Sequence record: DRR378314_409 | Length of the DNA stretch: 20,000 bases | Reading direction: 5' to 3' (one strand) | Shown here: one piece after another, positions 1 through 9,031 of the stretch | How the letters are laid out: each line of letters opens with the position of its first letter | How positions within the stretch are numbered: the first letter of the stretch is position 1 | Notes under the pieces: generated by a model | Databases searched by the model: none | What the model saw: the letters and a program-made list of their open reading frames with translations, nothing else | What the model was told of the DNA's origin: nothing | Translations under genes and position numbers: made by a program

Positions 1-1481
1 ATCTTGTCGAACTCCACGCCAAACGTATCGGATAGAATTTGCCGGAAAGCAGTTTCTCGGCCGTGTCCCTGACTGCTGCCACCCGTCGCGGCAGATACCG
101 TTCCATCTGGATTTAAAGTGACCGTTGCGCTTTCCCATCCCTGACCGCAAGGTTCGATGTAAAAAGAAAGGCCTAGTCCCTTCAGAATATCCTGATCTGC
201 TGTGTCCTCGATTTTTTTCTTTTTAGAAAAATAGTCTGTGCTGTTAATGAGATCATTGAATAGATTTGCATAATGGCCGGAATCCAGATGGGCTCCGGTG
301 ATGGTTTTCTGGTCCAGATCTTCTGATTTTCGAAAATTTTGAAGCCGTAACGCCACCGGATCCAAGCCGGTTTTCCGGGCAGCCTCATCTACCAGTCTTT
401 CGATCAACGTGACAGCTTCAGGTCTGCCCGCGCCCCTGTAAATTCCCACAGGTGCTGTATGAAGCTTAATTCCGTTCGTCGTGAGATCCAGCGCGTCAAT
501 TTTATAGGGGCCGGGTAGCATGCGCATCGCATTCCATGCAGGAATGGCCGCACTATTTGGTAACCAGTGACCGACAGGCGCAAAAGCTTCTGCTTTCAGG
601 GCTAAAAACTGACCGTCTTTATTGAGCGCAAGTGATCCTTTGGTTTTCAGGCCCCGGCCATGTGTTGCAGAGAGTAGGTCCTCGTTGCGGGTAGAAATCC
701 ATTTGACTGAGCGTTTGAGTTCAAAGGCAGCCCATACCGTAAAAACTTCTTCTGGGTAGAGAGAGGCTTTCATGCCAAAAGCCCCGCCGACATCTGGTGC
801 GATTACATTGATTTTCTCTGCCGGAATGTTGAGAATACGGGCGAGTTCGCTTTTTGCCCGGTGGGGCGTTTGGGTCGAAAGGTAAACCAGAACACTTTTA
901 TCTGTTGCGCAATATTCGACTGCTATTGCCCGGTTTTCCATCGGTGAGGGCGCCAGTCTTGGATGCTGAATTTCAACTTCAACAACGTGATCAGCTTGTG
1001 AAAAATTATCATCGACATTGCCCGTCTGCCATGACTGCCCAAGTACGTTTGGTGTCCCATCATCAACAGAGCCTAGTGAAACCCGAACAGTGTCAGAGGG
1101 GTCTATGTCTGCGATGACCAACTCAGCAGCGTCCTGTCCGATTTGGGAAGTAGAGGCAGCGATCGCCGCGATCGGTTGTCCAACGGCCTCAACATGACCA
1201 TCAGCAAGGATCGGGTAATCAAGTTCTTCTACCTTTTCAAGGATGGGATTGACTTTTAACTTGCCTAAATGCCGAACATCTTTTCCTGAAAATACGCTAA
1301 TAACATTATCTAGATCCTTAGCCTCTTCCAGATCTAAAGAGGTAATTTTTCCGTTAGGTGTGTTGGCGCGAATAAACGTGATGTATAGTGGATCTTTCAA
1401 GGGGACATCATCCACATAACGGCCGGCCCCGGTGATGAGTTTCTCATCTTCAACCCTCAATACGGCATCGCCGATCCGCAC
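1..1481 (-). CDS. Xanthine dehydrogenase-family molybdopterin-binding large subunit (CoxL/CutL-like, form II-type loop); 3' end truncated by the window edge
   Basis: Manual minus-strand translation from GTG at 1481 (GTAGGGAAA upstream) gives MRIGDAVLRVEDEKLITGAGRYVDD...PMENRAIAV...STQTPH...APDVGGAFGMKASLYPEE...APVGIYRGAGRPEA...GWESATVTLNPDG...GGSSQGHGRETAFRQI. The start and the last segment at the window edge are in the same frame. These are hallmark Moco-binding motifs. The ORF track misses it because no stop codon lies in the window. Confidence 0.95.
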   Translation of the reverse strand, partial: MRIGDAVLRVEDEKLITGAGRYVDDVPLKDPLYITFIRANTPNGKITSLDLEEAKDLDNVISVFSGKDVRHLGKLKVNPILEKVEELDYPILADGHVEAVGQPIAAIAASTSQIGQDAAELVIADIDPSDTVRVSLGSVDDGTPNVLGQSWQTGNVDDNFSQADHVVEVEIQHPRLAPSPMENRAIAVEYCATDKSVLVYLSTQTPHRAKSELARILNIPAEKINVIAPDVGGAFGMKASLYPEEVFTVWAAFELKRSVKWISTRNEDLLSATHGRGLKTKGSLALNKDGQFLALKAEAFAPVGHWLPNSAAIPAWNAMRMLPGPYKIDALDLTTNGIKLHTAPVGIYRGAGRPEAVTLIERLVDEAARKTGLDPVALRLQNFRKSEDLDQKTITGAHLDSGHYANLFNDLINSTDYFSKKKKIEDTADQDILKGLGLSFYIEPCGQGWESATVTLNPDGTVSAATGGSSQGHGRETAFRQILSDTFGVEFDK

Positions 1482-1681
1482 TTTCCCTACACTTGCAGGT
1501 TTCTGCCTTACCAATGGCGTAGAGCGATCTTTTTTTTGAAACCATTTGAAAAACTTCAATAAATTTCTCCGTCCGGCGCGGCTGATGTCTTTTAAAGACC
1601 CCGTTTGCAAGCAGGGGTGTTGATTGATTGCGCTTTAACTTGTCCAATATTGGCTATAATTCCAAATCATAATAATTTATC

Positions 1682-1706
1682 TTGGTATCAGAATTATGGA
1701 TAACAA
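1682..1706. promoter_or_regulatory. Putative LysR recognition box (T-N11-A dyad) in the divergent Mo-hydroxylase/nadX intergenic region
   Basis: TTGGTATC-AGAATTATG-GATAACAA is an imperfect palindrome with a TAT-N11-ATA core. It closely matches the box at 3539-3563. A second TAT-N11-ATA lies at about 1655-1671. Confidence 0.6.
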
Positions 1707-1771
1707 CCTGCCTTCGATATTGGTTAGCTTATGAGTAGATGTTGACCCGAGAGAGAAAAGAGAATGCAAAA

Positions 1772-2566
1772 ATGAAGCTAGCAATAATTGGGTATGGTGC
1801 CATTGCCAGCTACGCTGCAACCAAACTACGTGAAATTAATGATGTTGATTTGGCTTATGTGATTTGCCGTCAGGGGCGCGAAGCAAATGCCGTGCAAGCA
1901 ATCGGCGGTGCCGTGCAACCCATTATCAATGCGCAGCAGATAGCTGATGAAGTCGATCTGGTTTTGGAGTGTGGTGGGCATGAAGCTTTTAAGGCGCACG
2001 CACCGATCATTTTGGAACAGGGCTGCGATCTGGTTTCCGTATCCTCAGGTGTGATGTCGGACGGTGAGTTGGCTGATAGGCTGTGGCAAATCTGTGAGCA
2101 CTCCGGAGCTCGGCTGGAATTTACGACCGGCGCAGTTGGGGCCATGGATGCGTTGAACGCTGCGCGCATCGGCGGCCTGGAGGAAGTTCTTTATATTGGG
2201 CGAAAACGACCCTTGGGCTGGAAAGGGTCCAGAGCAGACACTATTCTCAATCTGGAGAGTGTACAAGAACCGACGCTACATTTTAAAGGTTCCGCCAGAG
2301 AGGCTGCAAAGCTTTATCCAAAGAACGCGAATGTTGCTGCAACCATCGGTATGAGCGGCATTGGTATGGAGAAGACGTTTGTCGAATTGTATGCAGATCC
2401 AACAATCGACAAGAATATTCATGAGCTGCAGGTGAAAGGCGCTTTCGGATCTTTTACCTTTCGAGTGGAAGGAGCCTCGCTTCCCGATAACCCAAAATCA
2501 TCGGCTTTGACGGCTATGAGTGTCGTCTCTTCGGTTCAAAAGCGCGTTTCCAGGATTTCAACTTAA
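1772..2566 (+). CDS. nadX: L-aspartate dehydrogenase (NadX family)
   Basis: N-terminal Rossmann motif MKLAIIGYGAIA and family motifs VECGGH, GAVGAMDAL, GSAREAAKLYPKNANVAAT, NIHEL (conserved His) and NPKSSALTA. ATG 1772 is preferred over 1739 because it begins directly at the Rossmann strand. Confidence 0.9.
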   Translation: MKLAIIGYGAIASYAATKLREINDVDLAYVICRQGREANAVQAIGGAVQPIINAQQIADEVDLVLECGGHEAFKAHAPIILEQGCDLVSVSSGVMSDGELADRLWQICEHSGARLEFTTGAVGAMDALNAARIGGLEEVLYIGRKRPLGWKGSRADTILNLESVQEPTLHFKGSAREAAKLYPKNANVAATIGMSGIGMEKTFVELYADPTIDKNIHELQVKGAFGSFTFRVEGASLPDNPKSSALTAMSVVSSVQKRVSRIST

Positions 2567-3534
2567 TGGCCGTTGGCTTCTGAGATCTTGGCGGCGGTTA
2601 ATTTGAGTTCCTGCAAGAAAACCTCAGCGGCTGGTGAGAGCCCGCCATCCCGGCGATAGGAAACACCAACAGCACTTAAAGACTGTTGAATGGGGCTTTT
2701 AATTTCTACCAAAGTGCCACTTCGAAGTTCATCCTCGATAACATGGTGGGGCATCATACAGAGCATATCACTCAACCGAATGAGTTCCCGGTTGGTCAGA
2801 AATGAAACTGACTCCACAGCGTTTTCCGGTGGCGTATAGCCATTATCCAAAAACTCTTTTTCAAGTTGACGGCGAAGCGTTGTGTCGTTGGGCGGGAGGA
2901 TCCATCCGAATAGTTTTAAGTCATCAAAGCTTGCCTGCCCCTTGTGGTTGGCAAGTGGATGGCCGGGCCGGGCAACGACGCAGAAATCTTCCTTTAACAG
3001 CCGTTCTTGAGAAATATGTTTACGATGTCGATATTCGGTGAGGCGTCCAAGAACGAGATCTACATCTCCGGTCTGCAGGGCAGGCATCAGAATATCGTTT
3101 GTGCCTTCACGAATAACAATACTGACATTTGGTCTGGCTTCATGCACTCGGGCGATTGTTTCTGGAAGTAACTTGGCAGAAGCCGCTAACAGGGTTCCAA
3201 TAACAACTCGTCCTCCCAACCCCTCATTTAGGTTGTCCAGCTCCTGCGCTGCGTTAGAAATTTGCGTCAGGATCAATTTACCATGTCGAACAAGCGCTTC
3301 CCCATAAGAGGTGGGAAGGGCACCACGGTTTGTTCTGTCAAACAACGTAACTCCAAAATCCGCCTCCAGATCTTTGATAAGCTTGGTTGCTGCGGGTTGG
3401 GAAATGTTGAGTTCCTTGGCTGCATGCAGGATGCTGGAATGTTCCGCGACAGAGACAAGTAATCGTAACTGCTTGAGTTTCAGACGTGTAGAAACACGCT
3501 CGGCAATTTTAATATGTCTGTTCCGGTCGATCAT
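2563..3534 (-). CDS. LysR-family transcriptional regulator (resembles the GbpR/GalR/PcaQ group)
   Basis: N-terminal HTH RLKLKQLRLL...SILHAAKELNISQPAATKLIKDLEADFGVTLFDRTNRG, followed by a LysR substrate-binding domain (GDVDLVLGRL, WILPPNDTTLR). Confidence 0.95.
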   Translation of the reverse strand: MIDRNRHIKIAERVSTRLKLKQLRLLVSVAEHSSILHAAKELNISQPAATKLIKDLEADFGVTLFDRTNRGALPTSYGEALVRHGKLILTQISNAAQELDNLNEGLGGRVVIGTLLAASAKLLPETIARVHEARPNVSIVIREGTNDILMPALQTGDVDLVLGRLTEYRHRKHISQERLLKEDFCVVARPGHPLANHKGQASFDDLKLFGWILPPNDTTLRRQLEKEFLDNGYTPPENAVESVSFLTNRELIRLSDMLCMMPHHVIEDELRSGTLVEIKSPIQQSLSAVGVSYRRDGGLSPAAEVFLQELKLTAAKISEANGH

Positions 3535-3538
3535 GAGT

Positions 3539-3563
3539 TTGTTATTGCATTTTGGAATACCTA
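3539..3563. promoter_or_regulatory. Putative LysR recognition box immediately upstream of the lysR start codon, divergent to the dioxygenase gene
   Basis: TTGTTATT-GCATTTTGG-AATACCTA has a TAT-N11-ATA core and lies 4 bp from the lysR ATG, the classic autorepression/divergent activation layout. Confidence 0.65.
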
Positions 3564-3642
3564 ATTCTAGTTAATTCAGTTGAACCACTATCTGGATCAG
3601 ATTAGCCTCTATGGGATAATAGACAAGATTGCAGGGATACTG

Positions 3643-4206
3643 ATGCCATTACATCCAAGATTTGCTCCATTTAATTTCGCGAAATGGGTGGAAGATAATC
3701 AGGAGAAATTGAAGCCACCTGTGGGAAATCAGCTGCTTCATCATGACAGCGGCATGATTGTCATGGTGGTTGGCGGGCCAAACACACGGGTAGATTTTCA
3801 TGATGATCCGGTAGAAGAGTGGTTCTACCAGATCAAGGGCGACATGATGCTGAAAATCTATGAGGATGGGGAGATTTATGATGTTCCTATTTTGGAAGGT
3901 GAAGTCTTTATGATGCCCGCCCATACAATTCATGCGCCTCAACGCCCGCAGGAAGGTTCCGTTGGGATTGTGGTTGAAGCTCCGCGCATGACCCACATGA
4001 AAGAAGGGTTTGAGTGGTTCTGCTTCGGATGTAATCGAAGATTACACAGAGCCGAAGTATCCCTAATGGATTCAAGTGCGATTGTGACCGAACTTCCAAA
4101 GGTTTATGAAGCGTTCCATGCGGATATGAACGCGAGAACCTGTCCAGATTGTGGGGAAGTTCATCCGGGCAAGGGGAAGCCACCAGAAGGTTGGGTTGTT
4201 CTATAA
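3643..4206 (+). CDS. nbaC: 3-hydroxyanthranilate 3,4-dioxygenase (HAO/NbaC family cupin)
   Basis: LKPPVGN, VGGPNTRVDFHDDPVEEWFYQIKGDM (His and Glu Fe ligands), HAPQRP (His and Arg), VVE, and the rubredoxin-like CFGC...CPDC site. ATG 3643 has GCAGGGA upstream. Confidence 0.92.
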   Translation: MPLHPRFAPFNFAKWVEDNQEKLKPPVGNQLLHHDSGMIVMVVGGPNTRVDFHDDPVEEWFYQIKGDMMLKIYEDGEIYDVPILEGEVFMMPAHTIHAPQRPQEGSVGIVVEAPRMTHMKEGFEWFCFGCNRRLHRAEVSLMDSSAIVTELPKVYEAFHADMNARTCPDCGEVHPGKGKPPEGWVVL

Positions 4207-4215
4207 TAGAGCTGA

Positions 4216-5226
<1,011 letters not shown>

Positions 5227-5249
5227 TCATCTCCCGAGGGAGTATGCCG

Positions 5250-5291
5250 AATTAAGCCGCCGAAAATCTGGGTATTTGAGGCGGCTTGATT
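5250..5291 (+). other. Intergenic stem-loop between dctP and dctQ (mRNA stabiliser or partial terminator)
   Basis: AATTAAGCCGCC...GGCGGCTTGATT forms a 12-bp stem with one G-U pair, followed by a short T run. Confidence 0.6.
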
Positions 5292-5322
5292 TTGTCTGTG
5301 AAGGCGGGTTTAGTAGTATCTT

Positions 5323-5880
5323 ATGTTAAGTCTCTTGCAAAAATTGTCCGGCCATATTTTGAGCGTTGAGAAAATTGTCATGATTTTCCTCGCAGCTTTG
5401 GTGACGGGCCTCATTCTTTTGAATGTTGTGACAAGGTCTATGGACTACGCGCTCTACTGGGTCGATGAACTGGCGATCTACTCCATGATCTGGATGGTTA
5501 TGATCGGGGCCTCTATGATTGTGAGGCTTCGTAAGGGGATTTCGGTGACCATTGTAGAGGAGTTTCTCTCCCTCAATCAACAAAGTGCACTTTCGCTTAT
5601 CGTCGATTTGGGCATTCTGCTTTTTGCTGCATTTTTGATCTGGTTGAACTTTCTCTGGTACGATCCGATCACTTTGATTTCTGTTGGGTTTGACCTTCAG
5701 GCCTTTTCCGAAGATAGCTTTAATTTTATTTATGAAGAACCGACCAATACCTTGGGTATTCCTAAATTCTGGATCTGGCTCATTATGCCTATTATCGCTG
5801 TGACGATGACCTTGCATGCGCTGGTTAATTTTCTGGAACGCCTGTTGGGTAGGCCTTCAGCTGCACCGGAGTTGATCTGA
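5323..5880 (+). CDS. dctQ: TRAP transporter small permease (DctQ)
   Basis: About four hydrophobic helices and the motif NVVTR...WVDELAIYSMIWMVMIGAS. Lies between dctP and dctM. Confidence 0.9.
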   Translation: MLSLLQKLSGHILSVEKIVMIFLAALVTGLILLNVVTRSMDYALYWVDELAIYSMIWMVMIGASMIVRLRKGISVTIVEEFLSLNQQSALSLIVDLGILLFAAFLIWLNFLWYDPITLISVGFDLQAFSEDSFNFIYEEPTNTLGIPKFWIWLIMPIIAVTMTLHALVNFLERLLGRPSAAPELI

Positions 5881-5882
5881 CC

Positions 5883-7145
5883 ATGGTAGCTGTCGTTTTT
5901 TTCGTTATCTTAATGATGGGATTTCCCATCGCATTGGTCCTGGCTGTCTCAGCTCTGTTTTATATCTTCTACTCAGATCAGGCAGTCCTGCTGCAGTCTT
6001 ATGTGCAGCAGTTGTTTTCAGGTGTACAGAGTTATGGGCTGCTTGCTGTTCCGCTTTTCATGCTGGCGGGGGAGTTGATGAACGAAGGCGGTTTAACCCG
6101 GCGCCTCATTGATTTTGCCAGTGTGTTTATCGGTCGTGTCCGGGGTGGCCTGGCTTATATCAATTTAATCGTCAACATGATGATGGCGTCTATTATCGGT
6201 TCGGCGGCCGCACAGATTGCGATCATGTCCCGGGCCATGGTGCCGGAGATGGAGAGCAAGGGGTATGATCGGTCCTTTGCAGCGGCAACCACCGCTGCGG
6301 GTGGTTTGTTATCTCCGATTATTCCGCCCTCAATGTTATTTGTAATTTATGGGGTGCTCGCCCAGATTGCCATCGGTGATATGTTTATCGCGGGTATTTT
6401 CCCGGGGCTATTAATGTCATTTGGATTTTTCGTCGCGATCGCTTTTTTGGGACGGAAATATGAATATCCCGTGGGTGAGAAGAAGACGAGAAAAGAGATC
6501 AAGACATCTCTTGTGATGGGGCTGCCAACCTTGTTAATCCCGGTAGTGATCGTCGGGGGTATTTTGGCAGGTTTTACCACCCCAACTGAATCTGCTGCTG
6601 TGGCCTCTGTCGTCGCATTTATACTTGGGAAGTTCTTCTATAAAGAACTAAAGAAAGAACAGATCCCGGGTGTTCTGTTAAGGACGGCGCTGAATACCTC
6701 CATTGTTGTGTTCATTGTGGCAACCGCCAACCTGTTTGGCTGGATCATCATATATGAACAGGTTCCCCAGAACCTGGCAGCACAGCTGGTTGAGATTACG
6801 ACGAATCCTTTGGTATTCCTTCTTATTGTCAATCTGGCCTTGTTGTTTGTTGGCATGATCCTGGACGGGATTGCGGCGCTTATTTTGGTTGTTCCTATTC
6901 TGTTGCCAATTGCACAGGATAACTATGGGATTGATCCCTACCACTTTGGGGTCGTGGTCTGCCTAAATCTGGTCCTGGGACTTTTAACACCGCCTGTGGG
7001 GGCCGGACTTTTTGTGACAACTGCCATGACCGGCGTTAAGCCAGGCGCACTTTTCAAAGCCTTGGTTCCGTTTCTGGTGACAACGGTTCTCGTGCTTCTA
7101 CTGATCAGCTGGCAGCCGCAAATTGTGACTTTTCTGATCCAATAG
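5883..7145 (+). CDS. dctM: TRAP transporter large permease (DctM)
   Basis: LLAVPLFMLAGELMNEGGLTRRLI, GGLAYINL, GSAAA, SPIIPPS, TPTESAAV and GLLTPPVG motifs in a 420-aa hydrophobic protein. Confidence 0.95.
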   Translation: MVAVVFFVILMMGFPIALVLAVSALFYIFYSDQAVLLQSYVQQLFSGVQSYGLLAVPLFMLAGELMNEGGLTRRLIDFASVFIGRVRGGLAYINLIVNMMMASIIGSAAAQIAIMSRAMVPEMESKGYDRSFAAATTAAGGLLSPIIPPSMLFVIYGVLAQIAIGDMFIAGIFPGLLMSFGFFVAIAFLGRKYEYPVGEKKTRKEIKTSLVMGLPTLLIPVVIVGGILAGFTTPTESAAVASVVAFILGKFFYKELKKEQIPGVLLRTALNTSIVVFIVATANLFGWIIIYEQVPQNLAAQLVEITTNPLVFLLIVNLALLFVGMILDGIAALILVVPILLPIAQDNYGIDPYHFGVVVCLNLVLGLLTPPVGAGLFVTTAMTGVKPGALFKALVPFLVTTVLVLLLISWQPQIVTFLIQ

Positions 7146-7260
7146 GCGGGGTTTTTGATCGACCTATAAAGGCGAATTGCCTCTGTTCATTCTGCTTCCT
7201 TCTGACTAGGATACGGCCAATAGAAGATAAGGGTCTACCTATAAAATGATTGAGGGAATA

Positions 7261-8907
7261 ATGCAGAAAACGGGCGGTCAGTTAATTGTAGAATGTCTTG
7301 AGACGCAAGGTGTGGACCGGATTTTTTGTGTGCCGGGGGAAAGCTATCTTGCGGTTCTGGACGCCCTCCATGATAGCCCGATCGAGACGGTTCTCGCCCG
7401 CCAGGAAGGCGGAGCAGCGATGATGGCGGAAGCCGATGGCAAGCTGACGGGCCGCCCCGGCATTTGTATGGTAACGCGGGGACCAGGTGCGACCAACGCC
7501 TCTTCGGGTGTACATGTTGCAAAGCAGGATTCTACACCGATGATCCTGCTGGTTGGCCAAATTGGCCGCCGAATGAAAGGGCGGGAGGCTTTTCAGGAAG
7601 TTGACTATCGTCAGACATTTGGAGATTTGGCAAAATGGGTCACAGAAATTGACCATGCTGACCGAATTCCAGAGGTTTTAGCCCATGCATTCTACGTGGC
7701 AATGAGCGGACGTCCGGGTCCAGTTGTTATCGCACTGCCAGAAGATATGCTCTGTGACATCTGCGAAGTTGATGTTGGCCCTCGGGTAGAGGTGCCAGAG
7801 CCGGCCCCAACGGATGAAGCCATAGGTGCGTTCGGCCACATGTTATCATCTGCGAAGTCTCCTTTTCTGCTGTTGGGCGGAAGCCGCTGGACCGAAGCGG
7901 CCGTTAAAAATGTTCATAAATTTGCCGAAGCCTGGGGGCTGCCGGTAGGCTGTTCCTTCCGCCGTCAGCAGCTATTTGATCATCTTCATCCTAATTATGC
8001 AGGTGATGTCGGGCTTGGCATAAATCCGTCGTTGAAAGACCGGATCGCGGCGAGCGATTTGGTTATTCTGCTTGGTGCGCGTTTCAGTGAAAACCCAAGT
8101 CAGGGGTTTAGTCTGTTTGATATTCCAAAACCCAAACAGTCGATTGTGCAAATCCACCCTGGTGCTGAGGAAATTGGCCGTATTTATACGCCTGACCTTG
8201 CGATGAATGCGACCCCGGGCACGTTCTTAAATAAGGTTCTTCAGCTTGAGCCCGCGCCGTTCGAAGGATTGGCCGGAGCTGCCCATGAGGCCTATTGTGA
8301 GTGGACAGATAATCTTCCCGCCACGCCGGGTGACGCAGAAATGGGTCCCATCATGCAGCAGCTTCGGGAGCGGTTACCTGGTGCGGTCATTGCTAACGGG
8401 GCAGGTAATTACGCCATTTGGGTGCATCGGTTTTGGCGGTTTCGGCAATTCGGATCCCAGCTTGCTGCGACTTCCGGGTCAATGGGGTATGGCCTGCCTG
8501 CTGCAGTGGCCGGTGCTTTGCGCCAACCACAGAAACCATTGATCTGTTTCGCTGGTGATGGCTGTTTTCAAATGACCATGCAGGAGTTCGGAACGGCACT
8601 ACAGTCAGGTGCAAATTTTTTGACAATTCTGGTGGATAATGGGGCTTACGGGACCATCCGTATGCATCAGGAGCGGGATTATCCCGACCGGATCAGTGCG
8701 ACGGAGCTTCAAAATCCTGATTTTGCAGCTATAGCCAAGGCCTATGGCGCTCACGCTGAGACGGTTGCTAAAACTGAGGAATTTGCGGGCGCTCTTGATC
8801 GGGCACTGGCAAGTGGAAAAGCGGCCCTTATTCATATTAAGACGGATCCGGAAGCGATTACGCCGGCAATTACCCTGACTAACCTTCGAGGAAGTGGAAC
8901 GAAATAA
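7261..8907 (+). CDS. Thiamine diphosphate-dependent enzyme (acetolactate synthase large subunit-like fold; substrate unknown)
   Basis: TGGQLIVECL, FCVPGESYLAVLDAL, RQEGGAAMMAEA (catalytic Glu), TRGPGATN, SGSMGYGLPAA and the ThDP motif GDGCFQM...DNGAYG. ATG 7261 follows GAGGGA. Confidence 0.9.
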   Translation: MQKTGGQLIVECLETQGVDRIFCVPGESYLAVLDALHDSPIETVLARQEGGAAMMAEADGKLTGRPGICMVTRGPGATNASSGVHVAKQDSTPMILLVGQIGRRMKGREAFQEVDYRQTFGDLAKWVTEIDHADRIPEVLAHAFYVAMSGRPGPVVIALPEDMLCDICEVDVGPRVEVPEPAPTDEAIGAFGHMLSSAKSPFLLLGGSRWTEAAVKNVHKFAEAWGLPVGCSFRRQQLFDHLHPNYAGDVGLGINPSLKDRIAASDLVILLGARFSENPSQGFSLFDIPKPKQSIVQIHPGAEEIGRIYTPDLAMNATPGTFLNKVLQLEPAPFEGLAGAAHEAYCEWTDNLPATPGDAEMGPIMQQLRERLPGAVIANGAGNYAIWVHRFWRFRQFGSQLAATSGSMGYGLPAAVAGALRQPQKPLICFAGDGCFQMTMQEFGTALQSGANFLTILVDNGAYGTIRMHQERDYPDRISATELQNPDFAAIAKAYGAHAETVAKTEEFAGALDRALASGKAALIHIKTDPEAITPAITLTNLRGSGTK

Positions 8908-8937
8908 CCCTTTCAGACCTGTATGGTTTTCTGTGTT

Positions 8938-8969
8938 AAATGCCGGCTTCGTAAGTCGGCATTTTTTTT
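8938..8969 (+). terminator. Rho-independent terminator after the ThDP enzyme gene
   Basis: AAATGCCGGCTT-CGT-AAGTCGGCATTTTTTTT is a GC-rich stem with one G-U pair followed by 8 T. Confidence 0.85.
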
Positions 8970-8974
8970 GGGAA

Positions 8975-9013
8975 TTGACATGCGATAGAAATTGTCTAAC
9001 GTTAGTTAGAATT
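8975..9013 (+). promoter_or_regulatory. Sigma70-type promoter of the tetR-carboxylase operon overlapped by a palindromic putative TetR operator
   Basis: TTGACA (8975-8980), 16 bp spacer, TAACGT (8997-9002). The inverted repeat TCTAAC-GTTA-GTTAGA (8995-9010) covers the -10 element. Confidence 0.65.
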
Positions 9014-9031
9014 AGTGAGGTGTATGAGCCA

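Noticed and set aside
1-1481. Calling the Mo enzyme an aerobic CO dehydrogenase (coxL)
   Set aside because: It lacks the Cu-binding AYRCSFR loop of form I CoxL and has IYRGAGR instead.
1482-1620. Possible Moco riboswitch in the Mo-enzyme leader (hairpins ACCCC...GGGGT and GCAG-AAAC-CTGC)
   Set aside because: Only short stems are present and I could not match the conserved blocks of the Moco RNA motif. An Rfam search would settle it.
182-1647. Short ORFs 182-388 (-), 854-1117 (+) and 1450-1647 (-)
   Set aside because: They are alternative-frame or antisense shadows of the Mo-enzyme gene, or overlap its promoter region. None has a recognisable domain.
7146-7260. Direct repeat ACCTATAAA occurring twice, and a small AGGC-GAATT-GCCT hairpin, in the dctM-ThDP spacer
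   Set aside because: Too short to distinguish from chance, and there is no U-tract to support a terminator.
8894-9031. 46-aa N-terminal extension on TetR from the ORF track
   Set aside because: It spans the upstream terminator and the promoter. ATG 9032 has a good RBS.
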